NCBI GenBank assembly: GCA_016432445.1
Contig: CP066689.1
Span: 630,001 to 662,000 of the forward strand
DNA: 32,000 nt
Direction of reading: 5' to 3'
DNA from: Candidatus Saccharimonadota bacterium
GTDB taxonomy: Bacteria; Patescibacteriota; Microgenomatia; UBA1406; GWC2-37-13
In this document: piece by piece, positions 27,082-32,000 of the stretch
How the letters are laid out: every line of letters starts with the position of its first letter
How positions within the stretch are numbered: position 1 is the stretch's first letter
Translations under genes and position numbers: made by a program
The notes under the pieces: model-generated
The model's database searches: none
Seen by the model: only the letters and a program-made list of their open reading frames with translations
What the model was told of the DNA's origin: nothing

Positions 27082-28431
27082 ATGAAACCGTCATTTTGCA
27101 GCTACAGCTTCGGCTGCCGCGTCAATCATGCAGAAAAAGAAGAACTGGATAGGCAGATGATCAAAGCCGGCTATAGCAATACCCCTAATCTCCCCAATAA
27201 CCCCAATCTCCCTAATACCTCTAATATTGTTATCATCAACTCATGCGCCGTAACAACCAAAGCCGAAAGAGAAGTCCGCCAACTGATTTATCAACTTAAA
27301 AGAAAAAATCCCAAACTCAAAATCGTAGTTACCGGCTGCGCCACCACTAATTGGCTAAAGTTAAACAGAAGTTTAAAAGAAGCCGATCTGTTAGTCGATA
27401 ACCAAAATAAAGAATATTTAGTCGAATTAATAGATAAGAAGTTTAGCCATTCAAAAAAAATAAATGTAGAGGACGCAGATCTGCGTCCCGTACAATCGAG
27501 TCATGATCATTATCTTCGCCAGGTACTGTCTAGTACCTGGCTTCGTTCAGGACGCGCGATTATAAAAATCCAAGACGGCTGTCAACGTTTTTGCACCTAC
27601 TGCATTGTTCCTAATTTAAGAGGCAAGCCTAAATCGAAAGCTGTCGACAATATAATAAATGAAATAAACGGACTTAATGAAAACATTAAAGAAGTGATTT
27701 TTACCGCTATAAACACTGAGGCTTTTGGCTTAGATACTGAAGAATCATTAACTGAACTTATCAATAAAACTATTAAACAAACTAAACTCAAAAGAATAAG
27801 TTTTGGATCAATCAACCCCTGGAGCTTAACTGATAATTTCTTTAAATGCTATAAGAAAAATATACAAACTGGAAGAATGGTAAAATACTTTCACGTACCA
27901 ATTCAATCAGGATCAGATAAGATCCTCAGTCTCATGAAAAGAAACTACACTAGAGAATGGCTCTCTGAAGCTCTAGATAAGCTTTGCAAGATAGATCCTT
28001 TAGTTTTCATCGGAACAGATATTATTTTGGGATTTTTAGATGAGACCTGTCGTGATTTTGAGGATACTTATAAGTTTCTTGAAGAATCTCCCATCAGTAA
28101 ATTTCATATTTTCAGGTTTTCTAAAAGAGAACATACAGCAGCTTATTACATGGCTAAAAGACTTAAAGAACCCGATACTCAAACCAAGATTAAAAGAGCT
28201 AAAGCTTTAAGTGATCTTAGCAAAAGAAAATATAATAGTTTTCTTCAAGAACATGTGAACCAAACTTTTTCATGTCTTTTATTGGAGAAAAAAATTGATG
28301 AATTCCACGAGGGACTTCTCAATAACCAAATACCTATTTTAGTTAAATCTGATAATAAAGATATCGCGGAAATAAAAAACGTTAAAATAATCAGGTATAA
28401 AAACGGCCGGTTATTTGGTAAAATAGTTTGA
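27082..28431 (+). CDS. mtaB: MiaB-like tRNA methylthiotransferase (MtaB-type radical SAM)
   Basis: An N-terminal FGCRVNHAE...INSCAVT...TGC cysteine triad and the radical SAM motif IQDGCQRFCTYCIVP. The C-terminal beta-strand region is TRAM-like. Confidence 0.85.
   Translation: MKPSFCSYSFGCRVNHAEKEELDRQMIKAGYSNTPNLPNNPNLPNTSNIVIINSCAVTTKAEREVRQLIYQLKRKNPKLKIVVTGCATTNWLKLNRSLKEADLLVDNQNKEYLVELIDKKFSHSKKINVEDADLRPVQSSHDHYLRQVLSSTWLRSGRAIIKIQDGCQRFCTYCIVPNLRGKPKSKAVDNIINEINGLNENIKEVIFTAINTEAFGLDTEESLTELINKTIKQTKLKRISFGSINPWSLTDNFFKCYKKNIQTGRMVKYFHVPIQSGSDKILSLMKRNYTREWLSEALDKLCKIDPLVFIGTDIILGFLDETCRDFEDTYKFLEESPISKFHIFRFSKREHTAAYYMAKRLKEPDTQTKIKRAKALSDLSKRKYNSFLQEHVNQTFSCLLLEKKIDEFHEGLLNNQIPILVKSDNKDIAEIKNVKIIRYKNGRLFGKIV
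27471..27488. repeat. perfect 18-nt palindrome GGACGCAGATCTGCGTCC inside mtaB
   Basis: Its reverse complement is identical to itself. It lies in a locally GC-rich stretch of an AT-rich gene. Confidence 0.85.
27518..27541 (+). repeat. hairpin copy 4: GCCAGGTACT GTCT AGTACCTGGC inside the mtaB CDS
   Basis: A 10-bp perfect stem with the same loop and flanks as 23S copy 2. It has a compensated C-G to T-A pair change. Confidence 0.8.
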
Positions 28432-28433
28432 GT

Positions 28434-28507
28434 GCGGTCGTAGCTCAACTGGTTAGAGCGTTGCCCTGTCACGGCAAAGGCTGCGGGTTCGAGCCCCGTC
28501 GATCGCG
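28434..28507 (+). tRNA. tRNA-Asp (anticodon GUC)
   Basis: GCGGTCG TA GCTC AACTGGTTA GAGC G TTGCC CTGTCAC GGCAA AGGCT GCGGG TTCGAGC CCCGT CGATCGC G. It starts 3 nt after the mtaB stop codon. Confidence 0.93.
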
Positions 28508-28525
28508 CAAAATAAATAAGTAGAT

Positions 28526-28579
28526 AGAGCGCCGCGCCCTGGCGGGGAGGTTGAGGGTTCAAGTCCCCTTGGCTCCGCA
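28526..28579 (+). pseudogene. tRNA (or tmRNA) 3'-part-like fragment: D-stem 3' strand, degenerate anticodon arm, T-arm, Ala-type acceptor strand
   Basis: AGAGCG...AGGTT GAGGG TTCAAGT CCCCT TGGCTCC GCA. No matching 5' acceptor strand lies upstream, and the anticodon stem cannot be paired. Confidence 0.4.
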
Positions 28580-28706
28580 CTAGAGTCGCTTTTCAAACGG
28601 AGTGAGAATTAGCGACTCTTGTGTCCTCCAGATATCGCTCTTCAACACGACGAGTGAATAACGGTGAGTTAAGTGTTGAAGTAAGATATGGAGGACAAGA
28701 ATATCA

Positions 28707-28727
28707 GGACCCGTAGCTCAGTTGGTT
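28707..28727 (+). pseudogene. tRNA 5'-part-like fragment (acceptor 5' strand plus D stem/loop) abutting tRNA-Val
   Basis: GGACCCG TA GCTC AGTTGGTT, followed directly by the first base of tRNA-Val. Confidence 0.4.
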
Positions 28728-28801
28728 GGACGATTAGCTCAGTTGGCTAGAGCGTCACATTGACATTGTGAAGGTCACAGGTTCAAGTCCTGTATCGTCC
28801 A
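28728..28801 (+). tRNA. tRNA-Val (anticodon GAC)
   Basis: GGACGAT TA GCTC AGTTGGCTA GAGC G TCACA TTGACAT TGTGA AGGTC ACAGG TTCAAGT CCTGT ATCGTCC A. Confidence 0.93.
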
Positions 28802-28864
28802 CAAAATTCGTTGGTTAGTTTTGAGGGAAGATGCGGAGGACGAACTCCTTAAGCCTTTTCAATC

Positions 28865-28893
28865 TTGATTTTTCTTAAATCCCCAGATATAAT
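28865..28893 (+). promoter_or_regulatory. sigma70-like promoter (TTGATT-17 nt-TATAAT) in front of the GC-rich structured region
   Basis: TTGATT at 28865-28870 and TATAAT at 28888-28893. Confidence 0.55.
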
Positions 28894-28899
28894 AACGAG

Positions 28900-29466
28900 A
28901 ATACAGAATATTAAAGTAAGATAAAAGCATATCTTATTCAGATAATCTGTTATTTTTGCACTTTTAAAACTAAAAGGCTAACTTATTGTATTTGCCCTTT
29001 TAGCGAAGAACATAGTAAGAGAAATCCTTCTCTTCTGTGATCTTCGCTACTGATGAAAATCAGTTGAAAGGGCATAAGCGGGGAGAGAAATCTCTAAGGA
29101 GGCTCAATCGAATGACTAAGCACGGGTCATCAGGTGAACGTCGCCGTCGAAGGAGGAGGAGTGACGCAATAAAAGCAACTCAATCGAGGGTTCCCGATCC
29201 TGGCAGTCGATTTGCCACTCCGGATTCTCATGATTTCAGCTTCGGCGGACACTATGGAACCAGTAGTATTCCTGATCAGTCCAGCCTTAGACGCTTCCGC
29301 TAGCTGATTCTACCCCGCATTGTGTGGATCGAAGGGAGTGCTCCCCTTCTTTCCATATATCCATATACGTGATTCACATCTAATAAGTTACCTCACAACC
29401 CAAAGCCGGAAAGTCAGTTTCTCAAGGATTTAGGACGATATTCCAATATCGTCCACCCTTTTTTTG
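28900..29466 (+). ncRNA. candidate large structured non-coding RNA of unknown family (structured core about 28994-29466)
   Basis: It is markedly GC-richer than its flanks, and its only ORF is an implausible Arg-rich 88-aa one. Many nested helices have GAAA and UUCG loops. It has an upstream promoter and a 3' hairpin plus T7. Confidence 0.55.
29434..29466 (+). terminator. hairpin GGACGATATT-CC-AATATCGTCC followed by ACCC and TTTTTTT
   Basis: A 10-bp perfect stem, with the T7 run starting 4 nt after the stem. The stem sequence equals the tRNA-Val acceptor stem. Confidence 0.5.
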
Positions 29467-29636
29467 AGTTTTTAATAACTTTTTTTACTTCCCCGGCTTT
29501 TTTTATGGTCAAAATTATTGTAATAATGCATAATTCAATATCATTATCTAGAGACTATCATCTATAGTCCGTTGACTGTTTCTAGACCCACAGCTCCGAT
29601 CTTGCTTTTAAAAAAATAATTACCTATACTATCTCC

Positions 29637-29789
29637 ATGCGTTATCCTTGGGTTTGTTTGTCAATATGTGGAATCTGGATTGCAACAGTAATCTTAGTTT
29701 CATTCCAAATAGTTGAATCTACCACCATGTTCATCTATGCTTCAGTAACTGTTTTTATTCTTTTTTTATTAGGATTTACTAGAAGCTAA
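29637..29789 (+). CDS. small hydrophobic protein (50 aa, 2 predicted TM): MRYPWVCLSICGIWIATVILVSFQIVESTTMFIYASVTVFILFLLGFTRS
   Basis: Translated by hand; it falls below the ORF-track size cutoff. It shares YPWV...W(I/F)AT...TT(M/I) with the 62-aa ORF at 31302..31490. Confidence 0.4.
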   Translation: MRYPWVCLSICGIWIATVILVSFQIVESTTMFIYASVTVFILFLLGFTRS

Positions 29790-29807
29790 AATTTTAAAAA
29801 TTAACTT

Positions 29808-31298
29808 ATGCTTCGTTTTTTTTACATTCTCTATCTACTGATAAAGTATTTTTTCTTTCTTAGCCTAGGAAAATATAAACTTAAAAAAATTAATAAACCG
29901 AAACTGTTGAGGAGTTTTTTTGAAGAAGCCAGCGGCTCTTTTATTAAGTTTGGACAATTACTCTCGATGAGAGTTGAAATGATTTCTAATGATTATTCTT
30001 TTGAATTATTAAATCTCCTCGACAATCTTAAACCTTTTTCTTACAAACTAGTAGAAAAAATATTTATTGAAGAATTAGGCGCAACTCCCAATAAAATCTT
30101 CAAGACATTTGAGAGTGAACCTTTTGCATCTGCTTCTTTTGGACAAGTGCATGGAGCTAAACTTAAAGATGGCACTGTTGTAGTTGTCAAAGTGTTAAGA
30201 CCTGGAGTTGAATCAAAAGCGAAAATTGATTTTTTGGTTGTTGATTTTCTTGCTTTTATCGCAGATCTCTTTTTCAAGATAGAAGCTTTACCTTGGAAAG
30301 AGTTTGCTAAAGAGTTTAAACAATGGACAAAGCAAGAGTTTGATTATCGGATTGAAGCTTCAAATGGTGAAAGACTTTACAATAATAATGTTAAAAATTC
30401 AAGCATTGTTATACCCAAGATCTATCATCATCTGACGACAAAAAAAATATTAGTTGAAGAATATATGGAAGGACTTCATTTAAGCCGAGTTCTTAAAAGG
30501 TTAAGAGATGGAAGGCTAGACGAAAAAAAACTAAAAAAATTAGGAATTGATTTAAAAAAAGTCCCAAGGATTCTTGTTTCTGAACTTCTTAAACAGTTTT
30601 TTATCGACGGTTTTTTTCATGCTGACCCTCACCCTGGAAATATAATTCTTCTTCAAAACGGTAAAATCGGACTTATTGATTTTGGTATCGTAGGCGGTAA
30701 AGATCCAATGCCCAATATTGATCATTTTATGAAATGGGCTAAAGCCACAGGAGATATGAACTTTGAGGATGCTGCTTTTCATGCTGCAAATTATGCTGGA
30801 GAAGACATAAAAGTAATGATAAGAAGCGCTCTGCCTGCAACTGTTGATCAAAAAGATATTGATGAGTTTACGCATTTACTGGCAGATAATTATGTACAAA
30901 CAGCTAAACATATAATCACTGACAATCTGGAAAATTTAAAGACTTTAAAAAGAGATTACATGACAGTATTTTTACAAGTTATTAAAGCAGGTAATAAATA
31001 TAATGGCAAAGTGCCAAAAGAATTTGTAATTCTAAGCAGAGGTCTCGCTGTTCTTGGTCTTATGGCAAAACTCATGGATAGCGATTTTCGCATTACAGAA
31101 GAACTGAAAAGCTTTTTTCAAACTTACCCGGAAGTAGAACTATTAAAAAATTATGTACCGCCTGCAATTAAAAGAATAAATCGGGAGGTAGCAATAGAGC
31201 GATTAACAAACTGGTTATCATCTCTCTTTGAGGTCGATCCTCAGCTTTATCATCTTGTACAAAAATATTTAAGAAAGTACAATATAGTTGAAACTTAA
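29808..31298 (+). CDS. ABC1/UbiB-family atypical protein kinase
   Basis: FIKFGQLLSMR, ASASFGQVHGAKL, VVKVLRPG, FFHADPHPGNIIL and LIDFGIVG. Confidence 0.88.
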   Translation: MLRFFYILYLLIKYFFFLSLGKYKLKKINKPKLLRSFFEEASGSFIKFGQLLSMRVEMISNDYSFELLNLLDNLKPFSYKLVEKIFIEELGATPNKIFKTFESEPFASASFGQVHGAKLKDGTVVVVKVLRPGVESKAKIDFLVVDFLAFIADLFFKIEALPWKEFAKEFKQWTKQEFDYRIEASNGERLYNNNVKNSSIVIPKIYHHLTTKKILVEEYMEGLHLSRVLKRLRDGRLDEKKLKKLGIDLKKVPRILVSELLKQFFIDGFFHADPHPGNIILLQNGKIGLIDFGIVGGKDPMPNIDHFMKWAKATGDMNFEDAAFHAANYAGEDIKVMIRSALPATVDQKDIDEFTHLLADNYVQTAKHIITDNLENLKTLKRDYMTVFLQVIKAGNKYNGKVPKEFVILSRGLAVLGLMAKLMDSDFRITEELKSFFQTYPEVELLKNYVPPAIKRINREVAIERLTNWLSSLFEVDPQLYHLVQKYLRKYNIVET

Positions 31299-31301
31299 AC
31301 T

Positions 31302-31490
31302 ATGTTAGATAAATTTTTGAATTTTTATACAAAGTATCCGTGGGTTGCAATTATTATACTAGCTCAGTGGTTTGCGACAACCTATATCATCATCAACACA
31401 AATGCTAGTGACAAAACCACCATAATGGGAATAACATTTTTATCAACGGTGCTCTATGCCTATTTTGGCTTCAAAGCTCCCAAAGGATAA
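31302..31490 (+). CDS. small membrane protein (62 aa, 2 TM), paralog of 29637..29789
   Basis: It starts 4 nt after the kinase stop and has a hydrophobic profile and a YPWV motif. Confidence 0.5.
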   Translation: MLDKFLNFYTKYPWVAIIILAQWFATTYIIINTNASDKTTIMGITFLSTVLYAYFGFKAPKG

Positions 31491-31506
31491 ATTGCTGTTA
31501 ATTAAG

Positions 31507-31535
31507 TTGAAAAAAACTATGTTTAATGTTATAAT
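31507..31535 (+). promoter_or_regulatory. sigma70-like promoter (TTGAAA-17 nt-TATAAT) for the thrS leader
   Basis: TTGAAA at 31507-31512 and TATAAT at 31530-31535. Confidence 0.6.
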
Positions 31536-31545
31536 GTATCTGGAA

Positions 31546-31593
31546 ATGAGAAAAATATCAAGTTACGAAACCACTACAACTACTTTCTCCTAA
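31546..31593 (+). CDS. candidate Thr-rich leader peptide MRKISSYETTTTTFS
   Basis: ATG at 31546, five consecutive Thr codons ACC ACT ACA ACT ACT at 31570-31584, and TAA at 31591. It lies between the promoter and the terminator upstream of thrS. Confidence 0.6.
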   Translation: MRKISSYETTTTTFS

Positions 31594-31624
31594 AAGGAGG
31601 GTTAGTGATGTGGTATACATTAAT

Positions 31625-31646
31625 CCTCCGAATAGGAGGTTTTTTT
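31625..31646 (+). terminator. intrinsic terminator / attenuator CCTCC-GAATA-GGAGG plus T7, 40 nt before the thrS ATG
   Basis: A 5-bp GC-rich stem at 31625-31639 and TTTTTTT at 31640-31646. Confidence 0.65.
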
Positions 31647-31685
31647 ATACCTTAAAATTAATTAATAGTTATATATAATAAAAAA

Positions 31686-32000
31686 ATGGAACAAAAGGAA
31701 GAATTAAAAAAAATGAGACATTCTTGCGAGCACGTCTTGCATCAAGCCATGGTGGAACTTTTCCCTGGCTTAAAAAGAGCCATGGGGCCAGCGACAGATG
31801 AGGGATTTTATCTTGATTTCGATTATGACGGAAGAATTTCCGAAGAAGATTTTCCTAAAATTGAAAAAAGGATGCAAGAACTTATAAAAGCCAATTTACC
31901 TATTGTCCGCCAAGAGATCTCTATTGAAAAAGCCAGAGAAATGTTTAAAAATAATCCGTATAAACTGGACTGGGTTGACCAAATTGAAAAAAAAGGTGAA
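31686..32000 (+). CDS. thrS: threonine--tRNA ligase, N-terminal part (starts at the editing/second additional domain; continues past the window)
   Basis: MRHSCEHVLHQAM...GPATDEGFYLDFDY matches the HxxxH...GFYYDF ThrRS/AlaRS SAD signature. The frame is open to position 32000. Confidence 0.85.
   Translation, partial: MEQKEELKKMRHSCEHVLHQAMVELFPGLKRAMGPATDEGFYLDFDYDGRISEEDFPKIEKRMQELIKANLPIVRQEISIEKAREMFKNNPYKLDWVDQIEKKGE

Noticed and set aside
27178-27230. An imperfect ~18-nt tandem repeat (CCCCTAATCTCCCCAATAA / CCCCAATCTCCCTAATACC) encoding NTPNLPNNPNLPNTSN in mtaB. I briefly considered it as a CRISPR-like or other repeat array.
   Set aside because: There are only two in-frame units inside a CDS loop of the N-terminal MTTase domain. 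It is a simple low-complexity duplication, not an array.
28995-29074. A hammerhead-ribozyme-like arrangement. A three-way junction has CTGATGA (29051-29057) after a 9-bp stem, GAAA (29067-29070) before a GGGC/GCCC stem, and a U-rich strand where the cleavage site would be.
   Set aside because: The segment that should form stem II (AAATCAGTT, 29058-29066) can make only two A-U pairs. The alternative CTGAT-GAAA-ATCAG hairpin consumes the CUGAUGA core, and there is one extra U between the putative cleavage site and stem I. It is more likely an ordinary junction of the larger RNA.
29037-29303. An 88-aa ORF (…GERRRRRRRSDAIKATQSRVPDPGS…).
   Set aside because: It has an Arg-run and low-complexity composition atypical of this genome, and no start context. 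It lies entirely within helices of the structured GC-rich region, so it is most likely an artefact of GC-rich RNA-coding sequence.
28526-29466. tmRNA, either standard or two-piece permuted. The cues were a T-arm plus TGGCTCC acceptor-like end at 28551-28577, GACTAAGCAC (29115-29124) resembling the conserved tmRNA 3' region, and GGATCGAAGGGAG (29327-29339) resembling GGAUUCGACGGG.
   Set aside because: The pieces are in the wrong order, with an intact tRNA-Val between them. No GGGGCCA-type 5' acceptor strand exists to pair with TGGCTCC. The discriminator is G rather than A. I found no plausible tag reading frame ending in Ala-Ala-stop.
28985-29466. RNase P RNA, 5S rRNA, SRP RNA or 6S RNA as the identity of the GC-rich region.
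   Set aside because: No GAGGAAAGUCCGGGC / ACAGAA..CGGCUUA pair (P4) could be found on either strand; GGAAAGTC at 29409 sits next to the 3' end with no partner. There is no 5S CCGAAC...GAGAGUAGG signature or end-pairing. There is no SRP GGAAGCAGCC-type domain IV motif. The region is far too long for 6S. These rejections rest on remembered consensus strings, so a covariance search is still needed.
31536-31646. A T-box riboswitch upstream of thrS, with ACC/ACU as specifier and GTGGTA in the antiterminator loop.
   Set aside because: Only about 28 nt separate the predicted start from the Thr codons, so there is no room for a Stem I with K-turn and distal loops. The canonical AGGGUGGUACCGCG T-box sequence is absent. 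The five Thr codons are in frame with an ATG and a stop, which fits a leader peptide better.

Overview
AT-rich, gene-dense bacterial window using the standard code (TGA is a stop). The gene content and several oddities fit a Candidate Phyla Radiation / Patescibacteria-like genome; this placement is inference only. The oddities are a 23S rRNA with a LAGLIDADG-encoding group I intron plus extra insertions, an archaeal-type PPAT-DPCK fusion, a trigger factor without a PPIase domain, and mostly absent Shine-Dalgarno motifs. Contents in order: a partial ORF; a promoter/leader; tRNA-Ala(UGC) and a ~3.9 kb 23S rRNA with no 16S upstream and no 5S downstream; then about 30 CDS. These are ruvC, gpmI, PfkB kinase, holA-like, phosphohexomutase, a histidine kinase with a receiver-only regulator, the PPAT-DPCK fusion, aspartate kinase, obg, KamA-like radical SAM, SurA-like, LysE, methyltransferase, two glucosaminidase-like paralogs, tig, mtaB, an ABC1/UbiB kinase, the thrS 5' part, and several hypotheticals. 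There are also tRNA-Lys(CUU), tRNA-Arg(UCG), tRNA-Asp(GUC), tRNA-Val(GAC) and tRNA-like debris. The most interesting signals are all RNA-level. (1) A ~0.5 kb GC-rich, highly structured, promoter-to-terminator unit with no credible ORF, next to the tRNA-Asp/Val cluster (28.9-29.47 kb), that I cannot assign to any known RNA family. (2) Two textbook-looking ribosome-mediated attenuators: a Thr5 leader peptide before thrS and a Lys-rich leader peptide before aspartate kinase. (3) An identical GGTACC-GUCU-GGTACC hairpin capping three unrelated 23S helices, with a compensated fourth copy inside the mtaB CDS. (4) Two paralogous ~105-nt structured insertions in the 23S. No CRISPR array, transposase, integrase or recognisable defence operon was seen. 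All coordinates were counted by eye and may be off by 1-2 nt.
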